From the NCBI RefSeq assembly GCF_036588685.1, contig NC_086386.1:39742001-39806000 (forward strand): a stretch of 64,000 nt of DNA, written 5' to 3'. A program made the position numbers and the translations under genes. Each line of letters opens with the position of its first letter. Position 1 is the stretch's first letter. Positions 25,001-37,296 of the stretch are shown piece after piece. The stretch comes from Mytilus trossulus (Eukaryota). The notes under the pieces are model-generated. The model was not told where the DNA came from. It did no database searches and saw only the letters and a program-made list of their open reading frames with translations.

Positions 25001-27205
25001 TTGTGAACATTTGAAGGTCACTACTATGTATTGGCTACCTTAACTACATGTACACAAGCAACCAATTAAATATCGTTTTATCTCGGCTTCTAGTAAGTGT
25101 TCTACAACTAATCTTTCAGTGCTTTTAACAAGTTCATTAACTACTATTAAAGAACTTATCATACACTATTGTAATAAAATATATGAACATAGTGGTATAT
25201 AAACTATATTTGGAGTGTAAGAAATTCTTTGGATGTTTTAGATAAAGTACGTGCTTTTGATGGTCCTTTTGATTCCGTGGACAGTTTTGATTTTTCTACT
25301 CTTTACACTACACTTCCACACTATCTTATTAAACAAAGGTTTCCTATTTAATGAAATGGTCGTTTGGTTAGTTAAGCTGAATGCAAATATATTTTCTGCA
25401 ACTCATTTAAACCCTTCTCCTCTAATGAGAAAGGTAAATACGCTAGATATACTTACTGGAGGTGTGATGAGATCATTTAAGCTGTTAATTTTCTTCTTGA
25501 TAATATTTATGTACGTTTCGGCAACAAAGTTATTCGACAGGTTGTAGGTATCCCCATGTGCACTAATTGTGCCCTTTAATAGCAGATTTGTTTTTGTACT
25601 GTTACGAATCAGTTTGTGACTAAACTCAGTAAAGACTCGTCGAAATTGCATTTAATTGATAAATTCAACAACATTTACCGTTATCTTGATGATATTTTTT
25701 CGTTAAATAATCAAGAATTTTCTCAATATACTGCTGAAATTTACCCCAAGGAACTTACTTTAAATGAATCAAATTTATACGGTAATAACTGTCCTTTCCT
25801 GGATTTAGATATTTAGGTTTTAAACGGGAAACTCCATACTAAAATTTACGACAAAAGGGACGTTTTTTCGTTCCCTATTGTTAATTTTCCATTTTTAGAT
25901 GGTGAGGTGCCTTTGGCACAATCTTACGGTGTTTATATTTCACAGCGCGTTCGCTATGCCCGTGTCTTGTGACGTTTTTGATTTTAACGAACGCAATCTA
26001 TGTATTACTGGTAAATTATTAAACCAGGGATATCGTTACCATAGATAACTTAAAACCTTTACGAAATTTTTCCATAGATATAAAGATTAGGTTTTGAAGT
26101 TTGGTTGTACCTGTAAAATACTTTTTTCAAACGGGATAGCACATCCTCATTTTTACGGAAGTGTTGTTAACCGGACCCGAAAATTTGTCCATCTGATGAG
26201 TTAAGCCTTTTTCAGCTGCTTTTTATAGTTCGACTGTTATACCACTGTACCAGGTTAGGGGAGGGTTTATATATGTGCCTGTCCCAAGTCAGGCGCCTGT
26301 AATTCAGTGGTTGTCGTTTGTTAATGTGTTACATATTTGTTTTTCGTTCAATTTTTATATAAATAAGGCCGTAAGTTTTCTCCTTTAAATTGTTTTACAC
26401 TGTCATATTGGGGCCTTTTATAGCTGACTATGCGGTTTTGGATTTGCTCATTGTTGAAGGCCGTACGGTTACCTATAGTTGTTAATGTATGTGTCATTTT
26501 GATCTCTTGTAGACAGTTGCCTCATTGGGAATCATACCACATCTTCTTTTGTTATAAATCACAAAAATATAGTATTGACAATTGAACCATGACAATTAGG
26601 TGACGATAAAACGCCAGACGAAATTTACCGCCACCGGATTATCATCGCTATGTCTTGCACTCTGCGATTTTGTCTGAAGCGAGAGAAAAACTGAAAAAAA
26701 AAGAAAAAAAAAAACCAACAAAAAAACCCCAACAATACTCACATAATGAGAATTAAAATATTAAACTGAGATTGGCCGCACACAGTCTGTTTGTGTACCT
26801 TAGGTATGGAAATTATTTCAATTTACATTAATAATTGTTTTGAAATTTATCAATATAGACTAAGTTTTATATATGTAACACCTTAACAATAGCAAGTTAG
26901 GGGATGCAAACTTATATTTTCGACGAGCTGAGCGAGTCAAAAACAAAATTTGAAGTAAATTTATAGAAATGTTCTTTATTAATCAGAGGACAACACATGT
27001 ATTGCAAATTTTAGGAAGGCGGATAGCTGCCACGCCCCTGCCTGAATCCGCGCATGAACATTGTACAATCAATCATTTGTCTGTCTTTTCTTGTAGGTTA
27101 TGGCTCGGATGTTGTCTGATTCCATTCTGTGTTGACGGCTGTAAGGATGTTGTTCACACTTGTCCAAACTGTAATCATATGGTGGGAAGGTTCAGCAGAA
27201 TGTGA
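19053..27205 (+). CDS. LITAF: LITAF-domain protein 2, 156 aa; join(19053..19218,23959..24154,27097..27205)
   Basis: 471-nt open frame with GT-AG junctions: MDKGSPYP..(QQYGQPP)x6 [60 protein letters not shown]. Confidence 0.92.
20021..23247 (+). repeat. 578-bp tandem array, ~5.6 near-identical copies, retrozyme/PLE-like
   Basis: Unit start GCACAACATCCTGTCC recurs at 20021, 20599, 21177, 21755, 22333 and 22911; ends in a (TA)n run; each full unit has a hammerhead core. Confidence 0.97.
20524..20567 (+). ncRNA. Minimal type I hammerhead ribozyme (copy 1 of 5; others 21102-21145, 21680-21723, 22258-22301, 22836-22879)
   Basis: ACATCA-CTGAAGA-GACA tttat TGTC-GAAA-TCCGGA-TA^-TGGTGT: stem I, CUGANGA, stem II, GAAA, palindromic short stem III, AUA cleavage triplet. 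Confidence 0.85.
24190..24327. mobile_element. MITE, CAGTGGCGGATCC-type TIR with 5-bp TSD
   Basis: ATTCG on both flanks; empty site with a single ATTCG in the gene 1 paralogous intron (~15710). Confidence 0.8.
24925..26185 (+). mobile_element. Penelope-like retroelement reverse transcriptase remnant
   Basis: Disrupted frames contain MYWLP.LH..PIKYRFISASSKCST, GIPMCTNCA, YRYLDDIF and PFLDLDI motifs typical of PLE RTs; absent from the gene 1 paralogous intron. Confidence 0.8.
26186..26555. repeat. Abundant short interspersed repeat (copies or fragments also near 14610, 23510, 39035, 58980, 60760)
   Basis: Recurrent core TTTGCTCATTGTTGAAGGCCGTACGGTGACCTATAGTTG...CTCATTGGCAATCATACCACATCTTC; class not determined. 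Confidence 0.75.
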
Positions 27206-28479
27206 TAAAAAAAAAATTTTTTCTTAAAAACAACACCAGAGCATTTATATATATTATGAATGAACAGCATACATTAAGACCGCTAACAAGCTTTTATATT
27301 AACGTATATGGACATTTCTATAAATAAAAGCATTATAATTTTGTAGCATTTTCTATCAGATATACTGGTATCTCTTGTGGAGAGTTGTCTCAGTGGCGAC
27401 AATACCACATCTTCTTATTTTTATATGTACCTATTGATTTTCTCTGTAATACTATTTGTATTATATCTGATGATTACTATCCATAATTTAATTGATCAAG
27501 CACATATTAAGCAATATATTAACAATTCATCAGTGATACAAGCAGTAAAAATATAGCACCGAAATTTTATCATATATAACCCCCCCAGATCCGCCACTGA
27601 GAAATAAAGTAGCTCTATTACTGACAATGTGAAGGAGTTGTTAAAAATAATGGCAATGCAGTTTCTGATATTTAATGTAATGATGAACATGCAATGGTAC
27701 ATTCAGTTTATACTGTCTTTACACTAACTTAGTAAGACTACCATATTGAAAGTGGAAGAAAAAAAATAACGCTATAGAGTGTAAAACCCGTTCATATCAT
27801 TTTAATAATATTTCATATCAACGTTGAAAAAATATTTTTCTTTTTGCTGAATTTACAAATCAAAGTGCATTGTTTTGTGTGTTAATATAATACATATGCT
27901 GCACATCAAGCCTTATAAATGGCTCTTAATTGGATCATTAAATGTTCTTTTTCTTATTCAATCATCATGTGATAAAATGCCGCATGTCATGTCAGATTAA
28001 ACGTTTTTTTAAGTTCAAATCTACATTTTGTTATTTTTGTTCATAAGAGGTTGAGATAAGACAAAGAGATATCATTGACAAAATATAACTTTAAATAATT
28101 GGGCAATTTTCCATGATTATAAGGTTGACGACAAAGGTATTTGTTCAACCAATTCAAAAATTATCAACTTTAAAATGTAAATGAATATTTAAATTAAGAC
28201 TTATTGATTGAATACATGGTATCCTTACGTCCATAGTATGTAATTTCTAAGCATAATTTTACCCCTTTTTGTTTCTATCTCCTTTTATTTCTTTATGTAC
28301 TTCTTTATTGTGTGTTATTATTTGGTATAAAATGATATTTTGTTGATTTTAATATTATTTATTTTTTAATTATAATTTTGTTATGATTAGGTATAAAATA
28401 ACCCCTATATAAAAGGCTATTTGGTTCATCATAAACTTGTATCATATAAAACCAGAAAACTAAAAATTTTGTAAGCTGT

Positions 28480-28523
28480 ACGCTAGACGCGCACTTCGTC
28501 TAAAGAAGACTTATCAGGAACGC
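28480..28523 (-). ncRNA. Degenerate hammerhead ribozyme relic (same family as 42921)
   Basis: Reverse strand reads GCGTTC-CTGATAA-GTCT tcttt AGAC-GAAG-TGCGCG-TC-TAGCGT; both core boxes are mutated. Confidence 0.6.
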
Positions 28524-30644
28524 TAACATCAACACCGTTAAAATTGCCATATAAAGTACGAAGTTGATGAAGAACATTGCAAACTTATCATCTAACGTAG
28601 AAATTTGACAAAACATGTTCACTGCATAATATAGTCTGAAGATGAATGCAAACAAATTTGAAACTAGCATATACAAACTTATCCATGCAGACCAGTTTAT
28701 TTAACAATTTTAATTTTGACTTCATGTCACCTTTCATTTTGATAAAATTTAACCTTTTCCTTTTTTTTTGTATCTTAACCTTTTCTTATTTTAATTTTTG
28801 TATCTTAACATTTTCCTATTTTTTTGTATCTTAACCGTTTCCTATTTTTTTTTGTATCTGTAAAACAATACACGAATGAACGACTTTATTTGCTAACACA
28901 CCAAGTGGCCAATATTTAAAGCCTTTTCGGAACAAAGTTAAACATTTCAATGCTAAATTTGTCAGTATAAACATAACCAAACATTAGTATAGACAGAACC
29001 ATCAGTTAGTATATAGAAATAACCAGTGGTCAGTACATAGACATAACCAACAGTCTTTATAGAGATAGAACCAACTATCAGTATAAAGACAGAACCAACT
29101 ATCAGTATAAAGACAGAACCAACTGTCAGTATAAAGACAGAACCAACAGTCAGTATATATAGATAGAACCAATTGTCAGTATATAGACAGAACAAACAAT
29201 CAGTACATAGACAGAACCAACAGTCAGTATAGATAGAATCAACTGTCAGTATAAAGACAGAACTAGCAGTATAAGTATATAGACAGAACCAACTGTCAGT
29301 ATAAAGACAGAACCAACAGTCAGTATATAGACAGAACCAACAGTCAGTATATAGACAGAACCAACAGTCAGTATAAAGACAGAACCAACAGTCAATATAT
29401 AGACAGAACCAACAGTCAGTATATAGACAGAACCAACAGTCAGTATATAGACAGAACCAACAGTCAGTATAAAGACAGAACCAACAGTCAGTATATAGAC
29501 AGAACCAACAGTCAGTATATAGACAGAACCAACAGTCAGTATGAAGACAGAACCAACAGTCAGTATATAGACAGAACCAACAGTCAGTATATAGACAGAA
29601 CCAACAGTCAATATATAGACAGAACCAACAGTCAGTATATAGACAGAACCAACAGTCAGTATATAGACAGAACCAACAGTCAGGATAAAGACAGAACCAA
29701 CAGTCAGTATAAAGACAGAACCAACAGTCAGTATAAAGACAGAACCAACAGGCAGTATATAGACAGAACCAACAGGCAGTATATAGACAGAACCAACAGT
29801 CAGTATATAGACAGAACCAACAGTAAGTATATAGACAGAACCAACAGTCAGTATAAAGACAGAACTACCTGTAAGTATAGAGACATATCCAACTGTCATT
29901 ACAGATATAACCAACTATCAGTATATAGACAGAACCTACTGTCAGTACATATACATAACCAACTATGAGTATAGTATAACAAAGTTTATTGACAGAACCA
30001 AGTATCAGTATATAGACGAACGAACTATCAGTATAGACAGAACTAACGGTCAGTAAAGACAGAATTAACTGTCAGTATAGACAGAACCAACTCTCAGTAT
30101 AGACGGAGATGGAACCAACAGTTAGTACAGATAGAATCAACTGTCAGTATATAGACTGAACTTACAGTCATTATATAAATAGAACCAATAGCCAGTATAT
30201 AGACAGAACCATCAGCCAGTAAATGGACAGCACCAACTATCAGTACATCGACAGAACCAACTATCAGTACATAGACAGAACCAACTATCAGTACATAGAC
30301 AGAACCAACTATCAGTACATAGACAGTACAAACTGTCAGTATAAAGACAGAACCAAAAGTCAGTACATATAGAAAAAACTGTCAGCATAGACAGAACCAA
30401 GTCAGTACATAGACAGAACCAACAGTCAGAAAATAGACAGAACCAACAGTAAGTAAGTAGACAGAACCAACAATCAGTATGTAGACAGATCGAACTGTAA
30501 GTATAGACAGATCGAACTGTAAGTATAGACTGAATCAGCTGTACATAAAATTGAGAATGTATCAAAGAGACAACAGCCCGACCATAGAAAAAAAACCAGC
30601 AGAAGGTCACCTACAGGTCTATATATATATATATATATATATAT

Positions 30645-31449
30645 GATAATTTAGCTGATCTGTAACAATAACATCTTCATGCCTTATATATCATGTACTG
30701 TAGTACGCCGCTAGATTAAAACTGACGTGGAAAGGTAACACATGCCCACCGAGAGCTCTTTTTTTTGAGAGCCTAGGTGGTCGTGTGGTCTAGCGGGACG
30801 GCTGCAGTGCAGGCGATTTGGTGTCACTATATCACAGTAGCATGGGTTCGAATCCCGGCGAGGGAAGAACCAAAAATTTGCGAAAGCAAATTTACAGATC
30901 TAACATTGTTGGGTTGATGTTTAGACGAGTTGTATATATATATATATATATATTGCGAAAGCAAATTTACAGATCTAACATTGTTGGGTTGATGTTTAGA
31001 CGAGTTGTATATACATTATGTACACAGCCATGTATCACCATCATTGATGGCGATCCGATGGATACATCTGTTGTAGAGTTGTCACTTACTCAGACGTACT
31101 TATGCATATAATTATTTTCTGTGACTGTATCTTACATTAATTTGTAGGATCCTTTACTATAGATAATTTAGCTGATCTGTAACAATAACATCTTCATGCC
31201 TTATATATCATGTACTGTAGTACGCCGCTAGATTAAAACTGACGTGGAAAGGTAACACATGCCCACCGAATGCTCTTTTTTTGAGAGCCCAGGTGGTCGT
31301 GCGGTCTAGCGGGACGGCTGCAGTGCAGGCGATTTGGTGTCACGATATCACAGTAGCATGGGTTCGAATCCCGGCGAGGGAAGAACCAATAATTTGCGAA
31401 AGCAAATTTACAGATCTAACATTGTTGGGTTGATGTTTAGACGAGTTGT
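30645..31449 (+). mobile_element. (TA)n-embedded ~441-bp partial-tandem element with tRNA-like head
   Basis: Two segments separated and flanked by (TA)n; A-box-like TGGTCGTG(T/C)GG and B box GGTTCGAATCC at 30771-30866 and 31287-31382. Confidence 0.7.
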
Positions 31450-33320
31450 ATATATATATATATATATATAGACATACCAAACAGTCAGTAAAACTAGACC
31501 CAACAGTCAGTATAGGTTCCCAAACTGTTAATATTGACAGAACTAACTGTTAGTATAGACAGAACCACCCGTAAATATAGACAGAACCATTTTACATTCT
31601 ATTTAAAATAAGATTTATACTTTTTCTTAATGGGTGTTTCTGAAAAAAAACCAATTTATGAATGAACGACTTTGTTGTGGCCAATATTTAAGGACTATTC
31701 GGAACGAAATTAAACATTTCAATGCTTTATTAGTATAGACAGAATTAACCTACAGTATAGACAAAACCAACTGTCAGAATAGACAGAACTAACTGTCAGA
31801 AAAGACAGAACTAACTGTCAGAATAGACAGAACTAACTGTCAGAAAAGACAGAACTAACTGTCAGAATAGACAGAACTAACTATCAGAATAGACAGAACT
31901 AACTGTCAGAATAGACAGAACCGATTATCAGAATAGACAGAACCAACTATGAGAATAGACAGAACTAACTATCAGAATAGACAGAACTAACTATCAGAAT
32001 AGACAGAACTAACTATCAGAATAGACAGAACCAATAGTCAGTATACAGACTGAACTAAAAGTCAGTATGTAGACAGAAACAATTGTCAATATATAGAAGA
32101 TTCAACAGTAAGTAAAAAAGAACCATGTGTCTTTATGTATATAGAACCATCAGTTAGCACGTATGGAACCAAGTTCAGTATATAGACAGAACAAACAGTC
32201 AGTATATAGACAAAACTAAGTCAGTCAAGATAGACCCAACAGTTAGTACAGGTAGAACAAACTATCGGTATAGATAGAACAAACAATCAGTACAGATAGA
32301 ACAAACAATCAGTATTGACAAAACTTACTGTTTGTATAAACAGAACCAACTGTTAGTATAGACAGAACCAACTGTAAATATAGTTACATTTTGTTTTAAA
32401 TAAGATTTTACCTTTTTCTTAATTAGTGTATCTAAAAAAAACAATATATAAATGAACGACTTTTTTTGCCTAAACAAACAGTGACAAATAATAAAGGACT
32501 ATTCTGAACGAAGTTAAACATTCCATAGCTTTATTTGTCAGTAAAGACAGAACCAACTGTCAGTATAGACAACACCAACTATCAGTATAGACAGAACTAA
32601 TTATCCGTATAGAAAGAACCAACAGTCAGAATACAGATAGAACCAACTGTCAGAATATAGACAGAACTTACAGCCAGTATATAGACAGAACCAACTGTCA
32701 GTATATAGAAGATGCAGCAGTCAGTATAGAAGGAACCAATTGTCAGTATATAGACAGAACCAACTGTCAGTATATAGACAGAACAAACAGTCAGTATACA
32801 GACAGAACCAACTGTCAGTAAATAGACAGATACAACAGTCAGTATATATAGATATAACAAATTGTCATAGACAGAAACAATTATCAGTATATGGACAGAA
32901 CCAACAGTCACTATACAAACAGAACTTACTTTCAGTACATAGACAAAACAAACAGTTAGTTTAAAAACATAACCAAACAGTCAGTATATATAGATGAAAC
33001 AAATTGTCAGTACATAGACAGATCCAACAGTTAGTTTATAGACAGAACCAACAGTCAGCACATATAGAACCAACAGGCAGTATATAGACAGAAACAACAG
33101 TCAGTACATAGACAGAACAAACATGTAGTATAAAGACAGAACCAATTATTAGTATAAAGACAGAACCAACTGTCAGTATATAGACAGAACCAACAGTCAG
33201 TATATAGAAATAACCAACTATCAGTATATAGAAATAACCAACTATCAGTATAAAGAAATAACCAACTATCAGTATATAGAAATAACCAACTATCAGTGTT
33301 TAGATAGAACAAACAGTCAG

Positions 33321-33479
33321 CAGGCGCGGATCCAGCCATTTAAAAAGGGGGGGGGGGTCCCAACCCAGAGTAAAGGGGGGGGGGTCCAACATTATGCTCC
33401 CATTCAAATGCATTGATCAGCCAGAAAAAAGGGGAGTTCCAACCCCCGGACCCCCCCCCCCCTTTTGGATCCGCCACTG
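33321..33479. mobile_element. MITE with 5-bp TSD inserted in the minisatellite
   Basis: CAGGCGCGGATCC...GGATCCGCCACTG flanked by GTCAG. Confidence 0.78.
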
Positions 33480-34082
33480 GTCAGTATATAGACAGAACCA
33501 ACTATCAGTATATAGACAGAACCAACTATCAGAATATAGACAGAATTAACTATCAGTATATAGACAAAACCAACAGACAAAACAGATAAAACTAACCGTC
33601 AGTATACCCTGGTCTTATTAACGGTAAATTTGTTACAAAAAGGAAATAAAAAGATACTTTGTTTCCACTGAAAACTAAGGTTTAAATAATTACATGTACT
33701 AGAATTAAATTTCGAAATGTTCCTACATTTGATTAAAAAAAAGTATCTGGAAATAAATAATACAGAAATGTTTGTTCCGAGACAAAACCTATATGCCCCC
33801 ACAACAAATGAATAGTCAACTCTAAGAATGGAGTTTATCATCAACAACAAACATATTAAATTTAAATGTCTACAAAGGAGGGTATTTTCAAGGGGAATCA
33901 TGTGAAAATCATATCAAGTGAATCACTCAAACATTTCAAAACATTTAATACGTGAACTTTAAACAGACCTTTACTGTAGCACCTACGTAACCATCTAACT
34001 CGGTCGAGATAAGATAAGCTTTATTGTTTAAACTGAAAGGACGGGAAAAAAGGGAATCACAGTTAGGATTAAAGCTTCAAAT

Positions 34083-37000
34083 ATGGAGAAAGGATCACCG
34101 TACCCGCAACAGCAGCCACCACCCCAACAGTACAATCAACCTCCACCAGGTAAGGTGTTAATAATACATAGAAAAGTATAAATATATATAGATCAAACTG
34201 TCATATTTTGAAGTGATGTCTTTAACACCCGTATAATGTAATGTTTTTAAAGGGTCCGTGGCTAGGCATTCGTACCCGTCTTAAAAGAATTTTAACTTCA
34301 AAGTTGAGTGACATGTGTTTTTTAACAATTAATTATAGTATTACGTAGCTCATAGAAAAGTATAAATATATATTGATCAAACTGTCATATTTGGAGGCGA
34401 TATCGTTAACACCCGTACAATGGTTAATTTAAAAATGGTCCGGGGCTATGCATGTCACTTAATACATTTGTACATGCCTTTGTCTGAATAAGACGAAATT
34501 GAATGATATTTGTGTTTTCTGTAAAAAAATCGTATTTCAAAAACAAGTATCAATTTCATGGTTATTTCTGGATGTATTGCAAATCTATTTTAATTTTACA
34601 AGGTGTGACTTTTTTTCTGTAACTTTATTAAAGCCGTTTATTGATTCTGTGTTTTTTGGTCCTTGAAACTTTGTATCTATTAAACTTTTAAGCAAAAGTG
34701 AATAAATTATAAATGGTAGGATATTGATCATAAACAATTAGGAAAAACTGAAAGTAGCAAATGTACTATTACTTGGAATGTAGGTATTTTGTAATGGTTG
34801 TTTGCGTACGACCTCATGTTACCTGTTATGTTATGTGTGTCAGTAGCTATAATATACAGAGTTAAAAAGTAGAATCAAGAAATATTGAGTAACACATATT
34901 ATAAGTAACTGTACACTTTAATACAGTGTAAAAGAATTTATTAATAAGATGGTTTATCTTTAATATTCTGTTCTCACACTCAAAACAGATTAAAAAAAAA
35001 ACACAAAAAGAGTGAATCCTTGTACTTATTCTTTATTGATATTTTTTTGTTTGTTTTTAAAGTAAATTCTTCTATAAAGCCTGAAAACCGAAATTGAAAA
35101 AAAAGCTACTGTTCGAAATAGTTCTGTTGACTGATTTTGCTTCAAAATCATAATACTTTAACTCGTATGTTAATAAGCATAATAAGGCTTTAACGAGATC
35201 CTTAATATTTTCTATAAACAAAATTACAATAGTAGTCCAGAAGTAAAATGTGTTTCTAGGTATAGTAAGCAAGTCCATATACTCATAAATGTACTAGAAC
35301 AATCACAAACAATCTCCTGTGGAACAAGTCTGTCTCAGGGAAATAAATCCTTTGAAATTGAGTTCATATACAAAATGAAAAATTAATTGGAATTTGTTTA
35401 AACAGAAACGTCATTCCTTGCTAAATATAAAACATGGTCTAAATGTGAAGCCAAATACAAGGAACTGTTAACTTAAAAGAAGCAAAAAATAAATACTATA
35501 TATAGGAATGCTGTTTACTGTTTGAAATAAGGTTTCTTGGTTACAAAAGTCACAATAGAGTTTCGAGGTGGATCATTGGTGCGAAAGTTAGTATGTCACT
35601 GTAAAATTAGGGTAAATTGGCGAGGGACCAAAAAAATAACCTTACAACGGGCCATCATTGACCCCAAACAGTGTTTGCAAGGGTCCTCTGATGTAACTTT
35701 CCCATTCTAACCGAACATGACTGCAAGATTTTGCAGTCAGACGGATGAATAACTTGGGCGAAGGTTTGTTTTCCGGTTGGAAGTGATGATTAAATTTCTA
35801 TATACCCCAATCAACCCTTGGAGTCTTATGTGTTAATCTTTATAAATAACTTTACATGTATAATTTTTTTTGTAGTAGAGCGTAATCAGAGATCAATATT
35901 TTAATTAGATTGAATAATTTTGCTTTCAGCCTATGCACCGCCTGGTCAGCAGTCTCAAGCCACAGTCGTGGTTACACAGCAGCCAAATGTTTTGCTCCGG
36001 CAGAACTTTCGTGAGGTACCAGTGCGTGTGACTTGTCCATCATGTAGCGCTGATATCATGACCGCAACGCAATTTGAAATCGGAATGCTGACCTGGTTAG
36101 CGGCTGGTATGATATGCCTGTTCGGGTAAGAACACTGTATTTTACAGTCAATTATTCATATAAATTAGGGGTCGATTTGGGTTGAAGTTTTCTTGTTAAT
36201 ATGTCTATTGATTTTTAATTATTTTTATTTTTGTTTGGGTGTTATATTTTCTCTTATTTTGGGCTCTATTTACCGTAATTCAATTATGATTTGAATGCTT
36301 CTTTTTGTAACTTTATTTGGGTGTAAAAAGCGTTGATTGAAGTAAATTTGTATGAATCGTTTATCTTCCAAAGAAATCTCAGTACCATTAGTCAACTTTT
36401 CATGCGTGTTTTTGATATTAACTTTTTTTTTTTTTTTTATATCAAACTATAGTAAATGACTCATACATGTTCAGAGACTACGGTATATCCAATGCAATAG
36501 AATCGTACATACATGTATATTGACCAGCCAAACGCAATAATGTTCCTGCAGGAACATTTAGACCAGTTTTCTGTTGACTTATTTATAGCAGACAATGAAA
36601 AAAATCTGTTAATTATGTGTCAAATGATTTAAGGTAGATCACCAGTATATATTTTTTGAGACCGAATTTTTTTATAATTTGCCAAAATGAAGATTTTACT
36701 ATGCTCTTTTCAAAAATTTAATAAAAAGTATGGGTCACCGTGCTATTTTTCAAGCTATGAGTCGTTGAAAATTGCCAAAATTTGGTTAGTTTGTTCATGA
36801 AAATAAAAAGAAAAAATGGTGTCACCGAACTTGTTTTCTTGATACAAATAAATATAAAAAATTTCCCTATTAGCCCAGTATAAGTTTTGTACTAAAAGAG
36901 TTTTCTCCCCTTTAATGGCTCATTTGAAAAAAATGATTTTAAACCCAAAGAAAATGATATTTTGTTAAAATATTTTGTATAATACAATTAATTAACAAGT

Positions 37001-37296
37001 TTTCTTTAAATAGAAAAAACTTCTAACAATTAAATTGCAAATCTGTCTCCAAATTTGCAGATTTAGGCAAATAACTAGACCGATTTTGTACTGTGATTGT
37101 ACAATCCAAGATGGCGGTATACCATCAATCTACCTTAAATGTATGAACAAATGATGACGTCAAATTTCTCTTTTTTTCTTTCAGGTTATGGCTTGGATGT
37201 TGTCTGATTCCATTTTGTTTAGACGCCTGTAAAGATGTCGTCCACACATGTCCAAATTGTAACCACGTGGTTGGAAAGTATAGCAAATTGTCATGA
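34083..37296 (+). CDS. LITAF: LITAF-domain protein 3, 124 aa; join(34083..34149,35930..36125,37185..37296)
   Basis: 375-nt open frame: [85 protein letters not shown]. Confidence 0.93.
36633..37134. mobile_element. Non-autonomous element with TTAA TSD (Kolobok-like)
   Basis: TTAA|GGTAGAT...ATCTACC|TTAA; short TIR only. Confidence 0.62.

Larger units (their letters stand above)
28962..33605. repeat. 22/24-bp minisatellite (GTCAGTATATAGACAGAACCAACA) with interruptions
   Basis: Most homogeneous 24-bp block ~29270-29870; 22-bp variant GTCAGAATAGACAGAACTAACT ~31770-32030. Confidence 0.95.

Noticed and set aside
26188-26215. CTGATGAG as another hammerhead core
   Set aside because: No stem II closing onto a GAAA box downstream.
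29246-29914. 222-aa ORF of (ILTVGSVY)n and similar ORFs at 28962-33339
   Set aside because: By-product of a 24-bp minisatellite that lacks stops on one strand; no splice or domain evidence.
30771-31382. Two functional tRNA genes
   Set aside because: A and B boxes are present, but the acceptor and anticodon stems do not fold convincingly and the spacing is too long; treated as tRNA-derived.
34167-34450. ~184-bp-spaced direct duplication in gene 3 intron 1
   Set aside because: Diverged local intronic duplication with no evident function.
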